DNA from: Nitrosospira sp.
GTDB taxonomy: Bacteria; Pseudomonadota; Gammaproteobacteria; Burkholderiales; Nitrosomonadaceae
DNA: 64,000 nucleotides
Direction: 5' to 3'
Assembly: GCA_035547595.1 (NCBI GenBank)
Contig: DASZUL010000047.1
Coordinates: forward strand, 27,160-91,159
Of this stretch, positions 49,948-59,582 are shown piece after piece. A model generated the notes under the pieces. That model saw only the letters and a program-made list of their open reading frames with translations. It had not been told where the DNA came from and searched no databases. Within the stretch, counting starts at the first letter, position 1; each line of letters begins with the position of its first letter. The position numbers and the translations under genes are program-made.

Positions 49948-51237
49948 GGGATAGCCCGGCGGCAGTTGCCCCGAACGGCGGCGTGCAATCGAGCCGAGCA
50001 GCACCAGCCCCGCGGCGAAGAGCGCCCAGCTTTCCGGCTCGGGGACGGGCGCAGCCTGAAGCCTGCCGAAGAGGCCCTCGGTCTCGCCATGCGGCCCAGC
50101 CGCGAAATAGAGCGCGTTAGCCATGCCCAGGCTGGCGCCGTTGCCGAATTGCAACCCCCACAGCCCATCGATCGAAATGATATTGCCCTGGTCGTCGCGC
50201 AGGTAGTCGATCGCCCGGTGAGTCGCAGGATCGAAAGCGACGATGGTGCCGTCGCCAAAATTGCCTACCAGCAGCTTTCCGCCATATATGCCAAAATCGT
50301 CAGGAGCGAAAGCGACGCCCCAGGGCGCATTCAACAGGCCGCGGTCATCCCAGGTATGCATGAGGGCGCCGGATGAGTCGAATTGCGCGAGCCGGCCCAG
50401 CCCTGGACCGCTGGCTTCTTCACCGCCAAGAATATGTCCCGGCGCTGAGGGATCCTCCTGGGTCTTGGCATAGGGCACGAACAGGCTGGTCCCCTCAGGG
50501 CCGGCCAGGGCCTGAATATTGAAGGGCTCATAATCGCCGGGCCGGGGGGCAGCCGATGCGGAAAAAGGGTTTGCGAATGCGCCCGGCTTGCTGACCTCGG
50601 CAAAATTGCCGTCGAAGCTCTGGATGCCTGCATCGGCGCCGAAATTCGCCACATGGATGCGATTATCGCCCGGTCCCATCGCAATGCCGAAATAGTGTGC
50701 GCCAGCGGATGACCGATCGATCATGAGTTTGGCAAAGGCAGGGCGATCGAAACTGCCATCCGGATTCTTGCGTTCCGTCCAGGCTGAAATAGTGCCGGTA
50801 TCCGTGACAAACAGGAATTTTGCCGAATTGGTAATGGAGCCTTGGGTGATCGTGAAGTCATTGCCGGGGTTGAATACCACGCCTGTAGGCGTGCCGGTGG
50901 ATACGGCCGGACCCGCCGGGGAGCCCGGAACAGTCACCAGCCTGAGATCGTCCGAGTACAACGGCGTGCCCCCGACGTCCCCAATATACTGGTTGCTTGT
51001 CCCCCCGCCATTGCTTTCCACCCAGAAATGGCCGCCCAGGCCTGCGGGACGAATCGCGATTCCCCAGGCATTGATGAGGCTTGGGTCGACGATGCCGGCG
51101 CCGTAGGCATCGGTGCTCGCGACAAGATTGGTTTGCGTGTACCCGGCCGCATGGAGCGCAGGCGTAACGGAAAGTGCAAACGCAAGCATGCAATTGCGTA
51201 ATGCGTCCAGGCTTCTGTTGCTGGTGATCAGATTCAT
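49942..51237 (-). CDS. TIGR03118-family protein with C-terminal PEP-CTERM sorting signal
   Basis: [40 protein letters not shown] and LWGLQFGNG motifs; [24 protein letters not shown]. Confidence 0.92.
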   Translation of the reverse strand: MNLITSNRSLDALRNCMLAFALSVTPALHAAGYTQTNLVASTDAYGAGIVDPSLINAWGIAIRPAGLGGHFWVESNGGGTSNQYIGDVGGTPLYSDDLRLVTVPGSPAGPAVSTGTPTGVVFNPGNDFTITQGSITNSAKFLFVTDTGTISAWTERKNPDGSFDRPAFAKLMIDRSSAGAHYFGIAMGPGDNRIHVANFGADAGIQSFDGNFAEVSKPGAFANPFSASAAPRPGDYEPFNIQALAGPEGTSLFVPYAKTQEDPSAPGHILGGEEASGPGLGRLAQFDSSGALMHTWDDRGLLNAPWGVAFAPDDFGIYGGKLLVGNFGDGTIVAFDPATHRAIDYLRDDQGNIISIDGLWGLQFGNGASLGMANALYFAAGPHGETEGLFGRLQAAPVPEPESWALFAAGLVLLGSIARRRSGQLPPGYPS

Positions 51238-51549
51238 ATGACTTCCTCCTCCGTTGTTTTGTTGTAAAACAATTCCAGGACGCTGCCTGCATTGCCTGTT
51301 TTTTCATTGTCCGCATGGCAATGCGCGAAATGAGAAAAACGGGCAGGGGGATTGCCGGGGAGGAAACGGGAACTTGCCGCCTGGCGACCAGAAGGCCGAA
51401 GCATGCGGACCGAAGCAAACGGCGCGCGATATCCTGGCCGATTGCCAGGCACAGAGCCCATCCCCGACAAATTCTGTTTCAAACAGGCTGGCTTGCCGGG
51501 TGGGCTGGCGGGCGTTTAGCTGCGGGGCGGAAAAGCCCCGCGGGATAAG

Positions 51550-52014
51550 TTACATCTGGCTTTGCAGCCAGTTCTGGAGACCGACCTTCGGCATGACATC
51601 GAGCTGGGTTTCCAGCCAGTCGATATGCTTTTCGGTATCTTCCAGGATTTCTTTCAGAAGTTCGCGGGATACGTAATCTTTCGCGGCTTCGCAGGCCGCG
51701 ATGCCTGCAAGCAGTGTTTCCCTCGAAGCCATCTCCAGCCTGAGGTCGCATGCGACGCATTCTTCCGCTTTTTCGCCGATCATGAGCTTGCCGAGTTCCT
51801 GAAGGTTGGGCAGCCCTTCAAGAAACAGGATACGCTTGATCAGCGAATCGGCATGCTTCATTTCCTCTATGGATTCTTCATACTCGCGCTTGCCTAGGTC
51901 ATCGAAACCCCAGTTTTCGTACATCCGGGCGTGAAGAAAATACTGGTTGATGGCCGTCAGCTCGTGCTGCAGCTGGCGGTTCAGCCACTGGATGATATCT
52001 GCATTGCTTTTCAT
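51550..52014 (-). CDS. bfr: Bacterioferritin, heme-binding subunit
   Basis: [21 protein letters not shown] (Met52) and [10 protein letters not shown] motifs. Confidence 0.96.
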   Translation of the reverse strand: MKSNADIIQWLNRQLQHELTAINQYFLHARMYENWGFDDLGKREYEESIEEMKHADSLIKRILFLEGLPNLQELGKLMIGEKAEECVACDLRLEMASRETLLAGIAACEAAKDYVSRELLKEILEDTEKHIDWLETQLDVMPKVGLQNWLQSQM

Positions 52015-52024
52015 GTTTGCCTCC

Positions 52025-52249
52025 TCAGGCGGAATCTCGAATCAACGAGTGGGTATGTGTGAGATGGCGTTGCGCCACGGCTTTTTGCATCAGCGCCTGT
52101 TCCAGCACCTCCTTGGCATGGCAGGCGCATATCCCGCATTGCTCGCTCACGCCAAGGTTGGCTTTCAAATCCCGCATCCGGTCGGCGCCCCTGCGGACGG
52201 CATCGCGGATCGCGGTATCGGTGACACCTCTGCATACGCAAATATACAC
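52025..52249 (-). CDS. bfd: Bacterioferritin-associated ferredoxin
   Basis: [11 protein letters not shown]...CGICAC. Confidence 0.93.
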   Translation of the reverse strand: MYICVCRGVTDTAIRDAVRRGADRMRDLKANLGVSEQCGICACHAKEVLEQALMQKAVAQRHLTHTHSLIRDSA

Positions 52250-52268
52250 GATTAACGTCCCCGAGTCT

Positions 52269-52484
52269 TCATTTTGTCAGGATCAGCTTGCCATTGCGGG
52301 TCCGGCGCAGGAGATATTGCTCGCCGCGGTGCTGAATAAAGACCTGATCCCCATCCGAAAAAAGGGCATCGCTATTGATTGACCGGATCCGGTTGAGCAT
52401 CACGAATTTGCGCTGTGATTGATCGTCGCCCCCTTCAATGCTTCTGCTCGATGCTTCCATTATTGAATTCGCTATTGAATTCAT
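52269..52484 (-). CDS. hemP: Hemin uptake protein
   Basis: INSDALF...IQHRGEQYLLRRTRNGKLILTK; start placed at ATG 52484. Confidence 0.9.
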   Translation of the reverse strand: MNSIANSIMEASSRSIEGGDDQSQRKFVMLNRIRSINSDALFSDGDQVFIQHRGEQYLLRRTRNGKLILTK

Positions 52485-52507
52485 GATAGAGCCTCTTTGC
52501 GATAATG

Positions 52508-52526
52508 AATGATAATGATTCGTAAT
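52508..52526. promoter_or_regulatory. Fur box upstream of hemP-bfd-bfr
   Basis: AATGATAATGATTCGTAAT, embedded in GATAAT hexamer repeats. Confidence 0.75.
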
Positions 52527-52638
52527 TATATTTGAGTTGGAGCGAAATGCAAGAATAAATCGCGGTGGCGTTGCCATCTCGTACACATGCCGGCTGCAGC
52601 AGCAAGTATTCATCCCGTGAACCGGTGCGCACCCGGCG

Positions 52639-53004
52639 CTAGCGCATTTGCACGGCCGCCCTGTAGGTGGTCAGCCTGTCAAAATCCGTCCAGGCATACA
52701 CAGGGTCAACCATGGAACTGGTGGGAATCATGAAGGTCGCCATGTCCACGACTCCATACACCGTGCGCCCGATCGTGTGCAGGACTCCCGCTACCACTCC
52801 GGCTGTCATGCCATAGAGCGGCCCTTTCTCGGCGCTGGCTATCTTTATGTTTTTCGGGATTTCCAGGAGCGCTCCGGCGGCATTGGCGGCGCCGTCCGCC
52901 AATTTTCCACCCGCGTTTTCGACATAACTGTCCGCCATGGCCGCACTTGGCAGCAAAAGGCATGATACGGCCAGCATCCACAGCCACATTCCCAGGTTTT
53001 TCAT
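52639..53004 (-). CDS. Exosortase-system-associated protein (TIGR04073-like)
   Basis: Signal peptide; KLADGAANAAGALLEIPKNI...GRTVYGVVDMATFMIP; GGAGG RBS before ATG 53004. Confidence 0.75.
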   Translation of the reverse strand: MKNLGMWLWMLAVSCLLLPSAAMADSYVENAGGKLADGAANAAGALLEIPKNIKIASAEKGPLYGMTAGVVAGVLHTIGRTVYGVVDMATFMIPTSSMVDPVYAWTDFDRLTTYRAAVQMR

Positions 53005-53103
53005 GATTTCCTCCAAATTGAACCAGTTAAAGCAGGCCCCATGTCCTATGAAACCTCCCCATACTTTTTTCTTCCACCGGAATTAACCCACGTGCGGGGG
53101 AGT

Positions 53104-53922
53104 TCAATCCCATATGTATCCTCTTCCTCCGCCAAAGGAAAAGTTGGCCTTGAGGATTATTCGATCCGAACCGTGCGTTTGGCCAAAGCCGATGCCGACA
53201 GTGCTTCGAACTTCGCCGGGAGCGACAAAATGGACCACAGGCATTACGTAATGCTGCTGCTCGCGCAAGGGATCGATATTCCTGACCCCGCCCGGACCGC
53301 CAATGAATTGAATGCCATAGCGCAACCGCTTGTTTTTCTGATAGCTCAACTCGGTGAGATAGCCGACCTCGAACAGTTGCTCTTTCGCGCTTTCGCCCCG
53401 TATCACTTTTTCGAATGGAAAGTTGGCGATAATGCTGAAAGGGCCGAAATCCTTCTGCAACGTTGGTTTGAATTCCAGCTCAAGCGTGTCATCATTGATT
53501 TTCGGGGTCCATTGCTCGACCTCGAAATACCACCCCAGGTCCACCGGCAGGACGCCTTGCTCCGCGATTCGTCCACGGAACCGAAGCTTTGAACCGGCGT
53601 ATTGCACATCCCCCCCGGCCGGGCGCGCAAAATTGATGTAGTACGCCACATCTATCTTGTTGGTGAGGCCATATTCCAATTCAATGGCGGTGCGCATCAT
53701 GCTCTGGCTGGCAAAGGTTGGGGAAGTGCCGCCTTCTCCTTCCTTGCGCCCATAGGGAACGAAACTATTCAGAAGCTGCGGGCTGAAATTGCCTTTCCCC
53801 TGGGTGGCATATCCATAAATCTGGAATTCGAAAGGGTCGACCGCTTTCGCAAGGGAGGAAAACAGCATGACGGGCAACGCAACCAGGATCATGCAAAACT
53901 TGCTGGATTTCATTTTCCCCAA
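53104..53922 (-). CDS. Putative outer-membrane beta-barrel protein of unknown function
   Basis: Signal peptide ending AKA; alternating beta-strand pattern; ELEYGLT motif; aromatic C-terminus. Confidence 0.7.
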   Translation of the reverse strand: MGKMKSSKFCMILVALPVMLFSSLAKAVDPFEFQIYGYATQGKGNFSPQLLNSFVPYGRKEGEGGTSPTFASQSMMRTAIELEYGLTNKIDVAYYINFARPAGGDVQYAGSKLRFRGRIAEQGVLPVDLGWYFEVEQWTPKINDDTLELEFKPTLQKDFGPFSIIANFPFEKVIRGESAKEQLFEVGYLTELSYQKNKRLRYGIQFIGGPGGVRNIDPLREQQHYVMPVVHFVAPGEVRSTVGIGFGQTHGSDRIILKANFSFGGGRGYIWD

Positions 53923-54232
53923 TCTCCATCACGCAGCTTTCCACTACGAAACGAACAGGAAAAAGAAACGAAATCCGGCGCATAGGGCGCTCTTCTTTTT
54001 TTAACTGGTGTCACAAACCTTACTCCCATGACAAGTCAGATAATGATTGGCTGGCTTGACCGGGGATGGGATCGGCTGGCTGAAATGCCGCTGATGCAAG
54101 AGAACTCGGCGGCGATGGACATTCACACCGGATTAATTGCGGGGAAGAAAAAACTTTCCGCACCCCACAGGATAAGTAACATCCGGTGTTTGTGAATTTT
54201 TTGTTATGCTTTTGTCAATTTATTGTTAATGT

Positions 54233-54277
54233 TAATAAGAATGATTCTTATTATACACTATTCCCTATCTTGGACAA
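54233..54277 (-). promoter_or_regulatory. Perfect Fur-type palindrome overlapping a sigma70 promoter
   Basis: TAATAAGAAT-G-ATTCTTATTA (54233-54253); minus strand TTGTCC-16 nt-TATAAT. Confidence 0.8.
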
Positions 54278-54366
54278 GGATATTTTATGGTTGACCTTGG
54301 AACCGAGGGCGGGGAAATGACGGGGAAATAGCTTGCAAGGGCGCCGGCCGGAATGACTGACCGAAC

Positions 54367-55599
54367 TTATCTGTCGCTGGAAGAAGCGGCCGGAGTGATG
54401 GGAATCAGCCGGTAGCCTTCCTTTTTACTGTTCCACGATATGAAAATACCCTGCGGGCCGGTCAGCAGAAATGGAAAATCACTGCTGGCCCGGCTTTCCG
54501 CAACCTGAACGGGAGTGGACCAGCTTTCGCCTCCATCGCCGGATCGCATGAGGAGGAGATGGCTTCTCTCGGCATCGAATTCCATCCATGTGAGGAAGAC
54601 GTTTCTGCCGCTGGCCAAGACGTCGGGGTGGCTTGGCATTCTTCCGGGTGTGCCAAAGGGCTGGGGTTGCGAAAAGCGTTGGCTGCCATCGGATGAAAAG
54701 GCATAGAACAAGCCTTGCCTGGCGCTTCCCTGGGTGAACCATGCGATATGGTAGTGGTTATCGCCGCCTATCGACAATGCAGGTCCATGCTCGGGGCAGC
54801 CCTTGAGTTCCCATTGGTCATGCGTGGCGCGCGACGAAAACGGCCTTCCATCCGATCCAAGCTGGACCAGCCCTAAATCCCGCATGTCGCCCGGATAAAC
54901 AAATCGGGCGAGCACGACAGGATGTCCTGCGCTATCGAAAGACACGGCAATACGGCAACATTCGCAAACGGTATCGGCAAGCTTCCGGTCAACGGAACGA
55001 TTGCCACCTCCGGGGCCAAGCTCCCGGAAATAGATGGCATTGCCTGGCTGCCTCCAGTCGGTGCGGTCGCGTTCATCAAGCCAGAATGCATAAGGTTGGC
55101 CGGAAGGCCCGATCGCGAGGCGGCCTTCGAAGGAGTTTGCCTCCGAAGACATGCCGCTCAGGGGCATGGGAGTCGAAAAACTGCGGCCACCGTCGGTGGA
55201 GATGCTGAAAACCTGTTCTATCGGCTGCGTACCTTCCGCGGCAAAGGTAACGTAGATTTTGCCTGTGCCATCCACCACGATGCCAGGACGGTTCTCGCCG
55301 CTCGCCTTGATGCGCAGTGCATCATTGTTCACGCGCGCGGGCGCGCTGAACGTTTTGCCGAGATCCGTCGAGTAGTCGACATATACGTATTGTTTCTCAG
55401 GCACGATCCGCCAGAGCCGGCCATCCGGACCAAAAAAGGCGCCCACAAACAAACTCCCGCCTTGCGGATAGTGCGAGTAGTCGTTCCGGCCTGCTTCCAG
55501 GTGGTCGTGATCTCCATAACTGACGGGACTGAACGCAAGTGTGCCGAGCAGCAGGAGGCAAATCGGAAGAAATCCAAATCTGTTATTTCCGCTGTGCAT
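54367..55599 (-). CDS. Exported BNR/Asp-box (sialidase-like) beta-propeller protein
   Basis: Asp boxes STDLGKTF, STDGGRSF, SSDGSQRF and SGDGGESW; CECCR and CPEHGP motifs. Confidence 0.85.
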   Translation of the reverse strand: MHSGNNRFGFLPICLLLLGTLAFSPVSYGDHDHLEAGRNDYSHYPQGGSLFVGAFFGPDGRLWRIVPEKQYVYVDYSTDLGKTFSAPARVNNDALRIKASGENRPGIVVDGTGKIYVTFAAEGTQPIEQVFSISTDGGRSFSTPMPLSGMSSEANSFEGRLAIGPSGQPYAFWLDERDRTDWRQPGNAIYFRELGPGGGNRSVDRKLADTVCECCRIAVSFDSAGHPVVLARFVYPGDMRDLGLVQLGSDGRPFSSRATHDQWELKGCPEHGPALSIGGDNHYHIAWFTQGSARQGLFYAFSSDGSQRFSQPQPFGTPGRMPSHPDVLASGRNVFLTWMEFDAERSHLLLMRSGDGGESWSTPVQVAESRASSDFPFLLTGPQGIFISWNSKKEGYRLIPITPAASSSDR

Positions 55600-55676
55600 G
55601 ATAGCTACACCCTGGGAAAAAGTGCCATACGGAGATTGGCGGGATACTCCGCGATCATTCTACTGCACGCCATTCG

Positions 55677-56681
55677 CTAGTATGCGAAAACCAGACGGTA
55701 GGTGATGCGGTAATCAGGCGGGCTTTGGTAACCATTGCGGTCCTTGACTATCGGCGTGCCTATCGACAATGCGGTATTCCAGTGCTTGCCTCCGGCATAG
55801 CGTATGCCGGGAGAAATATAAACGGTATTGCTACCCGAATTGGGATCAACCAGACCGGCAGTTTTCTGGCGATCCTGCCACATGCCGTTGAGCTCCAGTA
55901 CGGCTGTCCATGGCGCATTGTTGCTGCCAACAAAAAGATTGTTTCTGGCCACACCTACGAAAGCGTAGGAAAGTGCGAGGTTATAGTCAAAAGTATCGCC
56001 CAGGTCGGTTTGTTGCGCTCCGCGGGTCGCTACCGTGTAAAGCACGCTGCTATCCAGCGAAAACTTTCCCATCGCGCGGGTGAAGGAAAAGCCGACCGCC
56101 GGGTTCCAGGACCCGCTGCTGGGCTGATGGTGCGTTTCGAAGCGCTCGCCCTGGCTAGTCTGGACGTGGGTCGCGCCGGATGGGGTCTTGAGCGCAACCA
56201 CCAGGGATAAATGATTCAGCTGATCCGGGGTATGAAAAAAACGGTACTGGCCGAACAGGGAGACACCGCTAAAACCTCCCGGATTGCCCAGTTTATCCAC
56301 GGCATCCCCATCTTCATTGGGCGAACGTACGCCAAAACGCTGAACATAAGGAAGCCTGATGCCCAGGGTCAGGTTGTCGGTCACCCCGTAAGCCGCAAAC
56401 ACGGATGGGATCAAAAGGGATTTCACGCTGTGAACGTCCCCATGGGCATCATCAATCGCGTTATTTTTCAAATTGAGAAGCAGGGAATCCGAAGCGCTGT
56501 TGAAACTCGTAAATTGCGTAATGAGGCCTCCGGCCCACATTCCGGCAGGAAGCGTTATGCCAGTCTGGGTAATGATCGGGGAGGCGGTACCGATGCCGAA
56601 GCCCAGGGAGCCGTGATCCGCCTCCGCACTGGTGCAAAGAGCAAAAGCGGAGATTGCAAGCAGGGTTTTCGACTGATTCAT
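55677..56681 (-). CDS. Putative outer-membrane beta-barrel transporter (SphA/MetA-pathway-like)
   Basis: Signal peptide, mature N-terminus DHG; YGVTDNLTLGIRLPY, LKTPSG and ISPGIRY motifs; terminal aromatic residue. Confidence 0.75.
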   Translation of the reverse strand: MNQSKTLLAISAFALCTSAEADHGSLGFGIGTASPIITQTGITLPAGMWAGGLITQFTSFNSASDSLLLNLKNNAIDDAHGDVHSVKSLLIPSVFAAYGVTDNLTLGIRLPYVQRFGVRSPNEDGDAVDKLGNPGGFSGVSLFGQYRFFHTPDQLNHLSLVVALKTPSGATHVQTSQGERFETHHQPSSGSWNPAVGFSFTRAMGKFSLDSSVLYTVATRGAQQTDLGDTFDYNLALSYAFVGVARNNLFVGSNNAPWTAVLELNGMWQDRQKTAGLVDPNSGSNTVYISPGIRYAGGKHWNTALSIGTPIVKDRNGYQSPPDYRITYRLVFAY

Positions 56682-56984
56682 CCGTCACGCTCCGAAAATT
56701 TTCTTTTTTTCAAACTATAATTCAGTGTAAAAAACCACACTCGATATATAGTTATTTGCCTAGTGTAATATAATTTATGACGTTTATATGCGACAAATTG
56801 CCGCACCTGCAGGAATCGGCACGATGAGTTGGACCGAGAGTTCCAGTTGTAAACATCCCTGCAAAACCGTGCCGCGACGGCGGTGGGCAATGGGACCGGC
56901 ATCGGAGTGCAGGTTATTTTCAGTGCTGCGGCATTGTCGAAACCGGTCATGAAGTTATCTTGTCAGCTGTCCTTGGAGATTGAT

Positions 56985-57341
56985 ATGAAATCGAAAAGCC
57001 TTATCGCAACCTTGTTCGCTCTCGGCGTGCTTGTTTCCTGCGCGCATACCGATCCTCATTCCATGGACATGAGCAGTGCGATCCGTAACGCCAAGACCCG
57101 GGCTGACCACAACGCCCTGGCCCAGTACTACGAGAATGCGGCGAAGAGAATGCAGGCGAGAGCGCAGGCGGAGAGGAACATGATGAATGAATACACGCGG
57201 CACGGCTACTACTATGGACGCAGCACGGAAGACCTGCAGGAACATACCGAAGCCCTGGTGCGTGTGTACGAGCAAGGCGCGGAGGCAAACAGGACTATGG
57301 CGAAGTTTCATCATCGGCTCGCGGAGGATGCGAGCGAGTAG
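56985..57341 (+). CDS. Helical lipoprotein of unknown family, paralog C
   Basis: GGAG RBS, lipobox LVSC, HSMDM, DHNALAQYYE, YYGRSTEDLQEH and KFHHRL. Confidence 0.88.
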   Translation: MKSKSLIATLFALGVLVSCAHTDPHSMDMSSAIRNAKTRADHNALAQYYENAAKRMQARAQAERNMMNEYTRHGYYYGRSTEDLQEHTEALVRVYEQGAEANRTMAKFHHRLAEDASE

Positions 57342-57592
57342 CGGCGTCAACACGAAACGGATATCCGTTTGGAGGATTGGGTCTGATGGGGTGGCCGTTC
57401 GTTTTGAAACATGCGTTTCCGCACAAATTTTGCGGACCCCATCCCTCCAGGCAATCATTGCGCCAGCGGAGCTTGTACGGAATTCGCTGACTGCCATTTC
57501 GCCGAATTAGCTTTACTGTTCCAGCCGCCTGGCGGAGATTCGGTGAAGCCTCCACCTATCCCCCCGTTGAATGGTGAAACGACCTCAATGAG

Positions 57593-58324
57593 TCATGCCT
57601 CAGGCTTGCTGCCAGCCTCGAGTTCCAGCAGGAAAATATATTCCGCCAGCCGGCTCAGGCCGCGCTCCCGGAAGCGCGGACTCTCTTCCAGCACATCCTC
57701 GTGCAGAAGCAGGCGGATATCCGCATGCGCATTGCCTTCCCTGTAGAGCGCTTCCACTTCTTCCGGGGGAACCGCGAAGGGCGGCCCCTCCATTTCCGCG
57801 ACAGGATAATCGAGCGTGACCAGCAGCATTTTGATGGCGGAAGGTACCAACGGGGCGGGGGAAATGGCGGGCCGCACGGTTGGCAGGGGCAGGATGCCGA
57901 GCAGGTGCGCCACATAGCGCTTGCGCATTTCGGACGGCAGGGCGATCAGCGCTGCCCGATCATAAACGCCACGGACGCTCGCGAGTTCCGCTTTATCCAG
58001 GTCAAAAAAATCGCCGCACAGGATGCGGACGCCACCCGCCTCGTAGCAGTCGAATTTTTCGCTGTGAAATCGCTTCGGCGCCAAGCCGCTTTCTTCGAAA
58101 AATGCCTCGACCGCCATGCTGCTCAGTTCGATGCCCAAAACGCGGTGGCCCTGTTCCCGCAGCCACAGCATGTCCCGGCTTTTCCCGCACAGCGGCACGA
58201 AAACCGTGCTCCCGGGCGCGAGGCCCAGTTCACCCCAACATCGGCGTAGATACAGGTTGATCTCGTCCTGGTGAAACGCGATTTCGCCCCGCTTCCAGCG
58301 CCCCAGCCAATAATCTTCCGTCAT
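57593..58324 (-). CDS. tpm: Thiopurine S-methyltransferase
   Basis: W..RW..GEIAFH, FVPLCGKS.DM.WL, GDFF and YDRAALIALP motifs. Confidence 0.93.
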   Translation of the reverse strand: MTEDYWLGRWKRGEIAFHQDEINLYLRRCWGELGLAPGSTVFVPLCGKSRDMLWLREQGHRVLGIELSSMAVEAFFEESGLAPKRFHSEKFDCYEAGGVRILCGDFFDLDKAELASVRGVYDRAALIALPSEMRKRYVAHLLGILPLPTVRPAISPAPLVPSAIKMLLVTLDYPVAEMEGPPFAVPPEEVEALYREGNAHADIRLLLHEDVLEESPRFRERGLSRLAEYIFLLELEAGSKPEA

Positions 58325-58403
58325 TCAGTTTTCACCCGCATCATGGCCGCCACCGCTGGTTACGGCTAACGCTGGACCACTCCTATCGCTTTCAGGAAAT
58401 CTA

Positions 58404-59344
58404 TCAAATGGTAAACGACAACCCTTCAATGAAGTGAGACCAGGCATCCACGTTATGGATGGCATCGACCAGCGGGCATTTTTCATCCTTGGTTGCCCCC
58501 TGGAAGCAATAGAATTCCTCGTTGAGGCTGCTATTCCGGTCCAGGTTTGCCAGGTGGCTGGCCTCGTGTATCAACATACGTGGGGTCAGGGATAGCTTGG
58601 TCATGCCGCTGTTGAAGAACAGGGGGCACAAAACCAAGAGGGTCCGCGCCTCGTCCACATGCGCAATGGCACCGCCATTGCAGTGCTTGTCCTGGCAGTT
58701 GCCGCATTCGATGGGCGACTGGCTCAGCTTGTCCGCAACCGCCTGGATGCTGCGGATGAATGTTTTTTTAGTTTATCGCTCAGCTTGACGTCCAGGTTGA
58801 AATAATCCCTGGCGAGTTTCTTCACCTGATCTTCGTTGCCGGGCATGTTGATGGCGGAAATCGCCCGTGCGCACCTGCGCAGGGCATGCTCCTTGATAAT
58901 CCTGACCATGCTCGACTGCTCATTGGTGAATTGGCAGCGTGAGTGCGCATCGTCTATGGGCTCGTTCACGCACAGGGCCTTCGTCAATTTTTCGCGATCC
59001 GCTGATTTGCTTTCCGGCCTGGGGTCGTCGCCTTTATTGGCGGGACCGGATTGTTGACGCATGACCGTAGCGGGTGACTTTGCCAGAAAACTGCCTTGAA
59101 TGTCTGATTTCCCAACCAATTGAGCCAGATCGTTTGCCACAAGTCGCCGGCCAGCCGATTTGCTCCAAGGCGATTCAGCATGCGAGCCCAACATGCGCCG
59201 CACCGTCTGATTGCCCATCGCGCGCTGCAGGCGCAGGATGAGATCGCGAGGTTCATGAGAGGCCACTGCCGCGGGAGAAGGACGAGAAAAGGAAGAGGGA
59301 AGGGGCTGTCGAAGCGCGGCCTGTTTTTGAGTGAAAATTCTCAT
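58404..59344 (-). pseudogene. Frameshifted eCIS-effector-like gene: degenerate DUF4157-type leader plus M35-like HEXXH metallopeptidase
   Basis: LRLQRAMGNQTVRRML, GRRLVANDLAQLV; a shift at A7 (58763-58769) continues TFIRSIQAV...LCPLFF...LIHEASH...NVDAW. Confidence 0.7.
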
Positions 59345-59582
59345 CTCCGTTCCCCGTATTTTTGCAGCAAAATTGCAGTGGAATGATTCCCCCCGCACTG
59401 AGTTGGATCATTATTCTGGACGGGATAGGACGGATTATCTAAATTGACTCCACAGGCCGTTTCACCGGCGAGCAGCCTATTTATCTCTTACGCTATCCAT
59501 GATAGCGGAGATGATGAGATTTGTGGATTTCAGAGATTTCAGATATTGAAGAGATGGCTTCGAATCGTCGACATAGCATATC

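Noticed and set aside
51521-51541. GC hairpin downstream of bfr as an intrinsic terminator
   Set aside because: The stem is present but has no U-tract on the bfr strand.
52250-52268. BrrF-like sRNA in the hemP 3' region
   Set aside because: Only 19 nt separate hemP from bfd, leaving no room.
54028-54195. 55-codon plus-strand ORF in the Fur-boxed intergenic region
   Set aside because: No RBS or family features, and it is antisense to the predicted transcript.
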